From a virus (Duplodnaviria; Heunggongvirae; Uroviricota; Caudoviricetes): a DNA stretch of 27,716 nucleotides. Position 1 is the stretch's first letter. Every line of letters starts with the position of its first letter. The stretch lies in IMG/VR virus record IMGVR_UViG_2534681772_000017, one strand, 5' to 3'. Under the pieces are notes generated by a model. It made no database searches and was not told the origin of the DNA. It saw only the letters and a list, made by a program, of their open reading frames with translations. The translations under genes and the position numbers were made by a program. Shown here piece after piece: positions 7,641 to 16,005 of this stretch.

Positions 7641-7874
7641 ATGAGAATCAATATCACGTTGGATAAAGAGCAAAAAATTAGTCAGGCAACGTTGGATGCG
7701 CTTGAGGCTGAGCTGTACCGCAATCTGCAACCTATTTACCCAAAGACCGCTATCCGCATTCGCAAGGGCTCCGCAAATGGCGTTGAGCTAAGCGGTTTGA
7801 AACTGGACGAAGATAAAAAACGAGTAATGGAAATCATGCAGCAGGTATGGGAGGACGATAGCTGGTTGCATTAA
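7641..7874 (+). CDS. DinI-family protein (DinI/Tum C-terminal domain-like)
   Basis: 77 aa (MRINITLDKEQKIS...LDALEAELYRNLQPIYP...EIMQQVWEDDSWLH) with the DinI-like pattern of an N-terminal MRIE/N beta strand and an acidic, Trp-containing C-terminal helix. In the same reading frame as the 7455 ORF. Confidence 0.8.
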   Translation: MRINITLDKEQKISQATLDALEAELYRNLQPIYPKTAIRIRKGSANGVELSGLKLDEDKKRVMEIMQQVWEDDSWLH

Positions 7875-7968
7875 CAAATGCCGCCGGTGCTGAAACTCGC
7901 TTTCAGTGCTGGCGGGGTTGAACAACGAGCCCCGCGAGGCGTTAGCCTGCCCCGTAGAGACCGCCCCC

Positions 7969-7997
7969 AACCGGCACGATTAAAGCCGGTTTTTTTA
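7969..7997 (+). terminator. Putative intrinsic terminator after the SOS operon
   Basis: AACCGGC-(9 nt)-GCCGGTT stem followed by a T-run, about 100 bp downstream of the DinI-like stop. Confidence 0.5.
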
Positions 7998-8156
7998 TGC
8001 CATTTTTCCGCGATTTCTCCGCTTTTTAGCCGTGCATGCAACAGGTGCATGGTTTTGCATGCGTCGTGGTTGCCCGTTCTGGCCGTGCGCCGTCAGTGCT
8101 GGCGCGGATCCAGAGTGGTCATGCAACTGCATTAAAACCGACCCATAAAGCGGGCA

Positions 8157-8175
8157 GGCGTGGCGGGGAAAGCAT
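8157..8175. other. cos site (19-nt cohesive-end sequence of P2/186 type)
   Basis: GGCGTGGCGGGGAAAGCAT lies between gene A and the portal gene. From memory it matches the 186 cohesive end and differs at 2 of 19 positions from P2 cos (GGCGAGGCGGGGAAAGCAC). Flanked by TGCATGC-type and GT-rich repeats. Confidence 0.7.
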
Positions 8176-8318
8176 TGCGCGCCAGAGGTGGTGCGGAATA
8201 ATAAAAATTATCGTCTGAGCGCGTCGTGATGGCGCTGTCGTGGTTGCTGTTGGTTCGTTGGTGGTCGGGTGTGGTCGTGCGTGCGTGGTGCGTCTGAGGC
8301 GTGATGATGGCGGGGTAT

Positions 8319-8342
8319 GAAAAAGCCGCCATGCTGGCGGCT
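8319..8342 (-). terminator. Intrinsic terminator downstream of portal gene Q
   Basis: Minus-strand hairpin GCCGCC-AGCAU-GGCGGC followed by UUUUU, 10 bp past the Q stop codon. Confidence 0.7.
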
Positions 8343-8352
8343 TGAGGGGGAG

Positions 8353-9399
8353 TTATTCCGGGTTGTCGAGGGTGTACTCTTTGAACCTGATGACCTCCAT
8401 ACCGAGCCAGTCGTTTACCTCCCTGAACCTGTCCTGCAGGGGTGACAGCTCGTTACGCACAAATACCTTTGCCACCTTCTCAACGTCACCGAGTGAACCT
8501 ATATTCTCGGGCTTGCCGCCCATGAGCTGGAACGGTACGCGGTGCGCGTCCATCAGGTCGGCGGCGCTGGCTTTCTTGATGTTGAAAAAGTCATCCTTTG
8601 TAGCGACCTCGCTCAGTGGCAAGATTTTGATGCCGTCCGGTTTTGCGCCCGGAGCGTAGAAAAACAGGTTCTTAAAGTTGCCTAGCCCTTTCGAGTTGCG
8701 CATCGCCTCGCGTAGCGATTCGACGTCGGTCGCGCTCTGCGCCGGGTCGGTCACATACATGATGTAACCCGCGTGCGCGCCGTTCTGGTAATACTTGCGG
8801 CGGAACAGCGTAGCGGATTCATTCAGCCAGGCAGAATTAAGCGCGCTGAGATATTCGGGCAGGCCGTAAATCTCCTGATTTATATCGGGCTCCAGCAGGT
8901 GAAACACGGTGTCAGGTGCGAACTCATGCGGCAGAGTGAAGTTTTCCACAAACCAGAAAATCGAATCATCGACCCCGCGCCGGGTGTATTTGGCCGGTGA
9001 GGCCAGCAGCTTGATTAACTGGCCGGTGACGCTGTGGCGCTGCTCAAGAAAGGCGTTGCCGAATACCAGATAGTCGAGCGCAAAGCGGCTGAAATCCTGA
9101 CGGGACAGCAACGGGTGCGGAATGTAGGTGCTCGCTAGCACGTTGCGCTTAACGTAAATCGGTGAGCTGTGATGTACAGCAGAGCGCAGGCTCTTTGCCA
9201 GCCCGGAGAAGCTGACCGGCGGCTCGTACCATTTGCCGTTACTGATGCACTCGACGTAATCCAGAATGTCACGCTTATCGAGTACCGGCACCGGCTCGCC
9301 GAAGGTGAAAGCTGTTGTTTTTGGCGGTGCGCTGGCGGTCAGGTGTTGTGGCTTGCTGGCCTTCTGCGCAGCGGCTTTGCGGGATTTTTGCTTACCCAT
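8353..9399 (-). CDS. Q: Capsid portal protein (P2 gpQ)
   Basis: 348 aa, size and sequence character of P2 Q. Leftward orientation next to cos and sharing an overlap with gene P, as in P2/186. Confidence 0.93.
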   Translation of the reverse strand: MGKQKSRKAAAQKASKPQHLTASAPPKTTAFTFGEPVPVLDKRDILDYVECISNGKWYEPPVSFSGLAKSLRSAVHHSSPIYVKRNVLASTYIPHPLLSRQDFSRFALDYLVFGNAFLEQRHSVTGQLIKLLASPAKYTRRGVDDSIFWFVENFTLPHEFAPDTVFHLLEPDINQEIYGLPEYLSALNSAWLNESATLFRRKYYQNGAHAGYIMYVTDPAQSATDVESLREAMRNSKGLGNFKNLFFYAPGAKPDGIKILPLSEVATKDDFFNIKKASAADLMDAHRVPFQLMGGKPENIGSLGDVEKVAKVFVRNELSPLQDRFREVNDWLGMEVIRFKEYTLDNPE

Positions 9400-11168
9400 T
9401 AGTTGAACTCCAGAATAGATTTAGGCTGCATTCCGCTACCGGCGGAAAGCGGTTCGTTTAACAGGGCGTGCATGGTCGCCCATGCGATATCGGCGTGACT
9501 GGCTTCCTCGGTGCGGCTGGCCTCGTAGGTGGCGCTGCGCCCGCTGCTGGTCATGGTTTTGCGGATGGACATAAACGACTGCGTGACGTCTGTCGCCCCG
9601 GCGTCGTATTCCAGACAGCCACGGCGAATGGTGTCTTTTGCCTTGAGCACCATCGCGGTTTTCATTTCAGGTGTGTAACGGATGCCGCGTGCCGCCGGGT
9701 AGAATGAGCGCACCAACTGATAAACGCCGAGGCCGAGGCCGGTCGCGTCAATGCCGATGTATTCAACGTTATATTTCTCGGTCAGCTTGCGGATCCCCTC
9801 TGCCTGTGCGGCAAAGTCCATGCCTTTCCACTGATGACGCTCCAGCATGCGGAACTTGCCACCCGAGACCACCGGCGGCGCGAGTACGACGCACCCGGCG
9901 CTGTCGCCGGTGTGTGACGGGTCGTAGCCAATCCAGACAGGACGCGAGCCGAACGGATGGTCGGCGAACGGGGCGAAGTCCTCCCATTCTTCCATCACGT
10001 CGACCATGCAGCGCTGCAGCTCCTCGAACGGGAATACCGACGCTTTATCGTCGACAAATTCGCACATAAACAGGTTTTTAAAGTCCTCATCACTGTTTTC
10101 GCGTTTGAGCTGGTCGAGGTCGAACAGGGTGCAACCACCGGCAAGGGCATCCTCAATGGTGACAATCTGCCGCCACTGGCCATCGTCGCAGAGCTGGCCA
10201 CCGGCGAGCGCGCTGTGACTGATGTCGATTTCGATGCGGTCGGAAATCCGGCTGCGCCCCTTGTTGAACAGCTCGCCAGACCAGAAGGGGTAAGCGCCAT
10301 GCGCCAGCGTGGAAGGTGTCGAAAAGTATGTTGAGCGCAGGTGCTTCTGCGAGGCCATGCCCGACGCGACTTTGCGCAGCTTCTGAAAATTCGGGATCCA
10401 GAATATTTCATCGACATACAGGTCGCCGTTATGGCTCTGCGCGGTGTTGGAATTGGTACCGAGAAAAATCAGCTTTGCGCCGTTGTTGCCGATGACAATC
10501 GGGTCGCCGGTCAGGTCGACGTCGACCAGACGCGCAAACTGGATGATGTACTCGCGGAACACGTAAGCCTGCGTTTTACTGGCCGACAAAAATATCTGGT
10601 TGTGGCCGGTCTTGAGCGCGCGCAGCAGCGCCTCGCGGGAGAAATAGAACGTCGCGCCAATCTGGCGGGATTTGAGAATATCGCGAATACGGTGCGCCAG
10701 CCCTGCGCGGTACCACTGCAACTGGTACTCGAAAGACTGGTCGAAAAATAGTTCCTCCAGTTTCTCGATAGCCTCGTCGCTGAAAAAGTTCTTTTTCGGC
10801 TTTTTACGCTCGCCTTTGTTGCGGTTGGCGACATTGGGGTTTAGGTCGACCTCGTTGCCGGTCTGGCTGTAGCGGTTAACGCGCGCCAGTCGCTCAATCT
10901 GCCGCCCGAGCAGGTCAATTTCTTTGAAATCGCCGCCTGACTTTTGCGGCTTGGCGATGAGCTGAATCAGGCGCGCCTCAAGGCTGCTTTCGACGCGGGA
11001 AATCGGTGCGATACCGTCCCAGCCGTCGCGCTGCTTCCAGCTCTGCACGGTCGGGCGCTTGACCTGCAGCATTTCGGCAATCTGTGGCACGGAAAAGCCC
11101 TGCCAGTAAAGCAGCGATGCCTGCCGTCGCGGGTCATGCAACAAGGTTGTATCGGTGGAGATGGTCAT
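9399..11168 (-). CDS. P: Terminase large (ATPase/nuclease) subunit (P2 gpP)
   Basis: 589 aa (P2 P is about 590). Adjacent to and co-oriented with Q, divergent from the O-N-M operon. Confidence 0.93.
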   Translation of the reverse strand: MTISTDTTLLHDPRRQASLLYWQGFSVPQIAEMLQVKRPTVQSWKQRDGWDGIAPISRVESSLEARLIQLIAKPQKSGGDFKEIDLLGRQIERLARVNRYSQTGNEVDLNPNVANRNKGERKKPKKNFFSDEAIEKLEELFFDQSFEYQLQWYRAGLAHRIRDILKSRQIGATFYFSREALLRALKTGHNQIFLSASKTQAYVFREYIIQFARLVDVDLTGDPIVIGNNGAKLIFLGTNSNTAQSHNGDLYVDEIFWIPNFQKLRKVASGMASQKHLRSTYFSTPSTLAHGAYPFWSGELFNKGRSRISDRIEIDISHSALAGGQLCDDGQWRQIVTIEDALAGGCTLFDLDQLKRENSDEDFKNLFMCEFVDDKASVFPFEELQRCMVDVMEEWEDFAPFADHPFGSRPVWIGYDPSHTGDSAGCVVLAPPVVSGGKFRMLERHQWKGMDFAAQAEGIRKLTEKYNVEYIGIDATGLGLGVYQLVRSFYPAARGIRYTPEMKTAMVLKAKDTIRRGCLEYDAGATDVTQSFMSIRKTMTSSGRSATYEASRTEEASHADIAWATMHALLNEPLSAGSGMQPKSILEFN

Positions 11169-11333
11169 TGATGCCTCGCCGTAGTGGATTCAGGGCAAGG
11201 CTACTTAATGGCCGTCAGTGATTCGCTAAGGTGCTGTTGTGTGGGCGGTTATCCAGTCGTCATTGGTGGTCTGGCGTGTCCCGAGTCTGGAAACTGGCGG
11301 TGACCAGTAACCCCAACCTCAGGACTCCTGACA

Positions 11334-12188
11334 ATGGCAAAAAAAGTCTCAAAGTTCTTTCGCATCGGCGTCGAGGGTGATACCTGCGACGGGCGCATTA
11401 TCAGCGCCGGCGATATTCAGGAAATGGCCGAAACCTACGACCCGCGCGTCTACGGTTGCCGTATCAACCTTGAACACCTGCGCGGCCTGCTGCCCGATGG
11501 CGTATTCAAGCGTTATGGCGATGTGGTCGAACTGAAAGCCGAGAAGATTGACGACGATTCTGCGCTTAACGGCAAATGGGCGTTGTTCGCTAAAATCACC
11601 CCGACCGATGACCTTATTGCGATGAATAAAGCCGCGCAGAAGGTCTACACCTCAATGGAAATCCAGCCGAATTTTGCCAATACCGGCAAATGCTACCTCG
11701 TCGGCCTTGCGGTCACCGATGACCCGGCGAGCCTCGGCACTGAATACCTCGAATTCTGCCGCAACGCGAAGCACAACCCTCTGCAGCGCTTTAAGGCCAA
11801 CCCTGAAAACGTCTTTTCCGCTGCCACGCTGGCCGAGCTGGAATTTGAAGACGTTCCCGACACGGTGCTCAACAGCCTGGCTGATAAGGTGAAAGCCATT
11901 TTCAGTCGTAAGCAGGTCAGCGACGATGCGCGCCTGAATGATGTGCATGAAGCGGTGACCACCGTCAGCGAGCATGTGCAGACCAATCTGACCGCGCAGG
12001 ATAAGCGCATTTCCGATATGGAAACCGCGTTTGCCACTTTCAAACAGGAACTGACCGGCAAGGTTGACGAAACCAGCCAGGCATTTTCCGCCCTGAAAAC
12101 CACCCTCGACAAAACCGAAAGTTTCAGCCAGCCGCGACGCACAAAAGCCAGCGGCGGTGGCGGTGATGAGCTGCTGACCGACTGCTGA
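11334..12188 (+). CDS. O: Capsid scaffolding protein (P2 gpO)
   Basis: 284 aa, identical in length to P2 O. First gene of the rightward capsid operon. Confidence 0.9.
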   Translation: MAKKVSKFFRIGVEGDTCDGRIISAGDIQEMAETYDPRVYGCRINLEHLRGLLPDGVFKRYGDVVELKAEKIDDDSALNGKWALFAKITPTDDLIAMNKAAQKVYTSMEIQPNFANTGKCYLVGLAVTDDPASLGTEYLEFCRNAKHNPLQRFKANPENVFSAATLAELEFEDVPDTVLNSLADKVKAIFSRKQVSDDARLNDVHEAVTTVSEHVQTNLTAQDKRISDMETAFATFKQELTGKVDETSQAFSALKTTLDKTESFSQPRRTKASGGGGDELLTDC

Positions 12189-12263
12189 TAAACCGCAGAC
12201 CGAAACCGGGCGGTAACCCCGCCCGATGCTGTGACTAACCGATTAATTCAAACAGGAAATACT

Positions 12264-13331
12264 ATGCGTCAGGAAACCCGTTTTAAGTTCAATGCCTATC
12301 TGACCCAGCTCGCCAAACTGAACGGCATCAGCGTTGATGACGTCAGCAAAAAATTCACCGTCGAGCCGTCCGTCACGCAAACGCTGATGAACACCGTGCA
12401 GGCGTCATCTGCATTTTTGCAGATGATTAACATTCTGCCGGTCGCAGAAATGAAGGGCGAGAAAATCGGCGTCGGTGTGACCGGCACCATCGCCAGCACG
12501 ACCGACACCTCGGGTGACAAAGAGCGCCAGACCGCAGATTTCACCGCGCTTGAGTCCAACAAGTACGAGTGCAATCAGATTAACTTTGACTTCCACCTGA
12601 CCTATAAACGCCTCGACCTGTGGGCGCGTTTTCAGGACTTCCAGCGCCGCATCCGCGACGCCATTGTCCAGCGTCAGGCACTGGATTTCATCATGGCCGG
12701 TTTCAACGGTACCACCCGCGCTGATACCTCAGACCGCAGCAAAAACCCGATGCTGCAGGATGTGGCCGTCGGCTGGCTGCAGAAGTACCGCAACGAAGCT
12801 CCTGCCCGCGTGATGAGCAACATCACCGACGCTGACGGTAAGGTCGTTTCGGCGGTGATTCGTGTCGGTAAGAACGGCGACTATGAGAACCTCGACGCGC
12901 TGGTGATGGATGGTACCAACACCCTGATTGACGAGATTTATCAGGATGACCCGAAACTCGTTGCCATCGTTGGCCGTAAGCTGCTGGCTGACAAATATTT
13001 CCCGCTGGTCAACAAACAGCAGGAAAACACCGAGTCGCTCGCGGCGGATATCATCATCAGCCAGAAGCGCATCGGCAACCTGCCAGCCGTGCGCGTGCCG
13101 TACTTCCCGGCGAATGCGGTGTTCGTGACCACGCTGGAAAACCTCTCTATCTACTTCATGGATGAGAGCCACCGCCGCAGCATTGATGAGAACCCGAAAA
13201 AAGACCGCGTGGAAAACTACGAGTCGATGAACATCGACTATGTGGTCGAGGCGTATGCCGCCGGGTGCCTGCTGGAAAACATCACCCTCGGCGATTTCAC
13301 CGCACCTGCAGCACCGGAAAGCGGAGCCTAA
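12264..13331 (+). CDS. N: Major capsid protein (P2 gpN)
   Basis: Start set at MRQETRFKFNAY (SD AGGA), which matches the P2 N N-terminus as I recall it. 355 aa. Confidence 0.95.
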   Translation: MRQETRFKFNAYLTQLAKLNGISVDDVSKKFTVEPSVTQTLMNTVQASSAFLQMINILPVAEMKGEKIGVGVTGTIASTTDTSGDKERQTADFTALESNKYECNQINFDFHLTYKRLDLWARFQDFQRRIRDAIVQRQALDFIMAGFNGTTRADTSDRSKNPMLQDVAVGWLQKYRNEAPARVMSNITDADGKVVSAVIRVGKNGDYENLDALVMDGTNTLIDEIYQDDPKLVAIVGRKLLADKYFPLVNKQQENTESLAADIIISQKRIGNLPAVRVPYFPANAVFVTTLENLSIYFMDESHRRSIDENPKKDRVENYESMNIDYVVEAYAAGCLLENITLGDFTAPAAPESGA

Positions 13332-13334
13332 ACC

Positions 13335-14084
13335 ATGACGAGCCCCGCACAGCGTCACATGATGCGGGTCTCGGCCTCTCAAGCCGCGCAGCGGGAACAA
13401 GCCCCGCTGCGCCATGCAACCGCCTACGAGCAGATGCTGGTAAAGCTGGCCGATGACCGTCGCACGTTAAAAACCATCCGTTCAAACGAACTGAAAGCCG
13501 CGAAAAAGCGCGAGCTGTTGCCGTTCTATGCGCCGTGGGTCGCCGGTGTGCTGGCTGATGGCCGTGGTGCGCAGGATGACATTGTCATGACCGTCATGCT
13601 GTGGCGTCTCGATGCCGGTGATATCGCTGGCGCGCTGGAAATTGCGCCCTACGCGCTGAAATACGGCCTCACCTCTAACCATCGCCGAACCACGCCTTAC
13701 ATGCTGGTTGAGGAGGTGGCACTTGCCGCGCTGCGCCTGCGCGATGCCGGTGAGCCTGTCGACCTCGCATTACTGCTGACCACCCTCAGCCTGACCGACG
13801 GTGCTGACGTTCCCGATATGGTGCGCGCTCGTCTGCATAAGGTGACTGGCCTGACCCTGCGCGATGCCGGTCAGGACGCCGAAGCGCTGGCGCAGTTTCA
13901 GCGCGCAATGCAGCTCGACCGCAATGCCGGTGTGCGCAAAGAGATTGAGCGACTGGAGCGGGCATTGAAGCCTAAGCCCGATGCCGCGCCCCGTAAAACG
14001 ACTAAACCGCGCACGCGCAAACCTGCCACCAGACCGGCGGCAAAGCGCGGGCGTCCACCAAAGGCGGTAAAAACCGCCGGTTAA
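13335..14084 (+). CDS. M: Terminase small (endonuclease) subunit (P2 gpM)
   Basis: 249 aa with a basic Lys/Arg/Pro-rich C-terminal tail. Position after N. Confidence 0.9.
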   Translation: MTSPAQRHMMRVSASQAAQREQAPLRHATAYEQMLVKLADDRRTLKTIRSNELKAAKKRELLPFYAPWVAGVLADGRGAQDDIVMTVMLWRLDAGDIAGALEIAPYALKYGLTSNHRRTTPYMLVEEVALAALRLRDAGEPVDLALLLTTLSLTDGADVPDMVRARLHKVTGLTLRDAGQDAEALAQFQRAMQLDRNAGVRKEIERLERALKPKPDAAPRKTTKPRTRKPATRPAAKRGRPPKAVKTAG

Positions 14085-14177
14085 CTGAACGCTCCCCGAG
14101 CCGGGCGGCACGCCGGTCAAAGCGGGTTTTGACCCTGACGGCGACCGGCGTCCACCGCCCAACCTAATGAGGTTGTC

Positions 14178-14687
14178 ATGACGACAGTAATACTGAATCA
14201 GCCCGACGAACCGCAGGACGTACCGGGCGTGGTGATTCCAGCACCGGAGACGGGCGACGCAGTGATTAAAAACACGTTCTTTTTCCCTGATGTGGATCCG
14301 AAGCGGGTGCGCGAGCTGATGCGCCTTGAGCAGACGGTTTCCGATGCGCGCCTGCGCAACGCCATCAAGACCGGCATGGCGGAAACCAATGCAGAGCTTT
14401 ACGACTACCGGCTGCGCCAGATTGCCGCCGGGTTTAAGACACTGGCCGACGTGCCTGACGCCGAGGAAATCGACGGCGAGAATGTGCGTGTTTTCCACTA
14501 CCTGAGCGCCGTGACGGCGATGGCGACAGCCACCCTGTATGAGCGTTATCGCGGGGTTGAGGCCACCGGCAAGGGTGACAAAAAAGCCGACAGCGTCGAA
14601 ACCACCATTGATGACCTGTGGCGGGATATGCGCTGGTCGGTCTCGCGCCTGCAGGATAAGCCGCGCTGCATCGTGGGCCAGCTCTGA
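14178..14687 (+). CDS. L: Head completion/stabilisation protein (P2 gpL)
   Basis: 169 aa, the same length as P2 L. SD GAGG upstream. Confidence 0.9.
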   Translation: MTTVILNQPDEPQDVPGVVIPAPETGDAVIKNTFFFPDVDPKRVRELMRLEQTVSDARLRNAIKTGMAETNAELYDYRLRQIAAGFKTLADVPDAEEIDGENVRVFHYLSAVTAMATATLYERYRGVEATGKGDKKADSVETTIDDLWRDMRWSVSRLQDKPRCIVGQL

Positions 14688-14890
14688 TGAAAGTCTACGC
14701 GATGCAGGGCGATACCCTCGACGCGCTTTGCGTCCGGTATTACGGGCGCACTGAGGGCGTGGTCGAGACGGTGCTGCAGGCTAATCCCGGCCTGTCTGAG
14801 CTGGGCGTCATTCTGCCGCATGGCACGGCGATTGACCTGCCAGACGTTGAAACATCACCCACGGCGGAGACCCTGAACCTATGGGACTGA
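14687..14890 (+). CDS. X: Tail protein X (P2 gpX, LysM-like)
   Basis: 67 aa (MKVYAMQGDTLDALCVRYYG...). Start overlaps the L stop (TGATG). Confidence 0.88.
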   Translation: MKVYAMQGDTLDALCVRYYGRTEGVVETVLQANPGLSELGVILPHGTAIDLPDVETSPTAETLNLWD

Positions 14891-15102
14891 GTATGGAAAA
14901 AATCACCACGTTTATCGCCTACTGGCTGGCCGTTGGGCTGGCGTATTTCGGGGCAATGTCGCCCGAAAAACTGGCGCTGTATGTGGGTAGTCTGTGCGCC
15001 ATTTTTACGGCGGCGGTGAATTTCTGGTACCGGCGCAAAACCTTTCGTTACCTGACCGAAATGGGAATCGACAAAGGGGTGACCCGTGAGCTCAATCGTT
15101 AA
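14881..15102 (+). CDS. Holin, probable class II / pinholin type
   Basis: 73 aa with two predicted TM segments (ITTFIAYWLAVGLAYFGAM; LALYVGSLCAIFTAAVNFWY) and a charged C-terminus. Immediately upstream of a SAR endolysin. The start could instead be the ATG at 14893. Confidence 0.6.
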   Translation: MGLSMEKITTFIAYWLAVGLAYFGAMSPEKLALYVGSLCAIFTAAVNFWYRRKTFRYLTEMGIDKGVTRELNR

Positions 15103-15595
15103 ACGTTGCAGTGTGGCCGCAGTGCTGGCGCTGGCGGCACTGATGCCTGATTTTCGTCTGCTGAATACCTCGCCTGACGGTCTGGCGCTGATTGCCGACC
15201 TCGAAGGGTGTCGCCTGACACCTTACCAGTGCAGCGCGGGCGTGTGGACGTCAGGCATCGGCCACACTGCCGGGGTGGTACCGAAACGGGATATCACCGA
15301 GCGCGAAGCGGCGGCAAATCTGGTCGCAGACGTGCTGAACACCGAGCGCCGTCTCGCGGTCTGCGTGCCGGTCACCATGCCGCAGTCGGTTTACGACGCG
15401 CTCGTCAGTTTCTCTTTTAACGTCGGCACCGGCGCGGCCTGTCGCTCTACGCTGGTCTCTTACATCAAGCGTCATCAGTGGTGGCAGGCATGCGACCAGC
15501 TCACCCGTTGGGTGTACGTCAACGGGGAGCGTAGTACCGGCCTCGAAAATCGACGCCAGCGTGAGCGTACTTACTGCCTGAAGGGGGTGAAATGA
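15086..15595 (+). CDS. SAR endolysin, P1 Lyz-like lysozyme with cysteine cage
   Basis: 169 aa. N-terminal weakly hydrophobic SAR segment (MSSIVKRCSVAAVLALAALMPDF) containing one Cys. Motif LEGCRLTPYQCSAGVWTSGIGHT parallels P1 Lyz AEGCRRDPYMCPAGVWTDGIGNT. C-terminal RRQRERTYCLKG resembles lambdoid and P21-type lysozymes. Confidence 0.9.
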   Translation: MSSIVKRCSVAAVLALAALMPDFRLLNTSPDGLALIADLEGCRLTPYQCSAGVWTSGIGHTAGVVPKRDITEREAAANLVADVLNTERRLAVCVPVTMPQSVYDALVSFSFNVGTGAACRSTLVSYIKRHQWWQACDQLTRWVYVNGERSTGLENRRQRERTYCLKGVK

Positions 15596-16005
15596 AAGTG
15601 TTAGCCGTGCTGTTAGTGTTGTCCGTGCTCGGGCTGCTGTGGTTGCGCCATGAGAACGGCAATTTAACCCGCTCCTTTGAGACAGCAAACCGCGTCGCGA
15701 GCGAACAAAAGACGACGATTGGCATGCTGAAAAATCAGCTCAGTGTTGCCGGTCAGATTGCCAGACGTAATGAATCCGCGCAGGTGGTTCTGCGCGAACA
15801 GCTCGCAAAGGCTAGCGAGGAAGCCAGCCGCCGCGAGCAGACGATAACGAGGTTACTTAATGAAAATGAAGCCTTTCGCCGCTGGTATAACGCTGCTTTG
15901 CCTGATGTTGTGCGTCGGCTGCACACCCGCACCGCCTGTGCCAGCGCCGGTGATTGTGGTCAGCGGATGCCCGAGGGTGAGCCTTTGCCCGATGCCGGGA
16001 AGTGA
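15592..16005 (+). CDS. Inner-membrane spanin (Rz / LysB-like)
   Basis: 137 aa with an N-terminal TM helix (VLAVLLVLSVLGLLWL), then a charged, coiled-coil-like periplasmic region. Directly follows the endolysin. Confidence 0.7.
   Translation: MKVLAVLLVLSVLGLLWLRHENGNLTRSFETANRVASEQKTTIGMLKNQLSVAGQIARRNESAQVVLREQLAKASEEASRREQTITRLLNENEAFRRWYNAALPDVVRRLHTRTACASAGDCGQRMPEGEPLPDAGK

Noticed and set aside
8220-8315. GT-rich repetitive tract considered as a possible CRISPR array or tandem repeat locus
   Set aside because: The repeats are short, imperfect and unevenly spaced, with no spacer/repeat periodicity and no cas genes. The location beside cos suggests terminase or accessory-protein binding sites.
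7878-8332. ORFs of 60 to 85 aa on both strands in the cos region (7878-8135, 8036-8218, 8132-8332)
   Set aside because: The region is full of hairpins, the cos 19-mer and GT-rich repeats. The translations are Arg/Pro/Ala-rich with no RBS. A non-coding packaging region is the more economical explanation.
11169-11333. Search for canonical P2 Ogr-type late-promoter dyads (TGT-N12-ACA) upstream of O/P and FI
   Set aside because: No exact match to the dyad consensus was found by eye in the P/O divergent region or upstream of FI. Late promoters must exist there, but I cannot place them reliably without an alignment, so none is reported.
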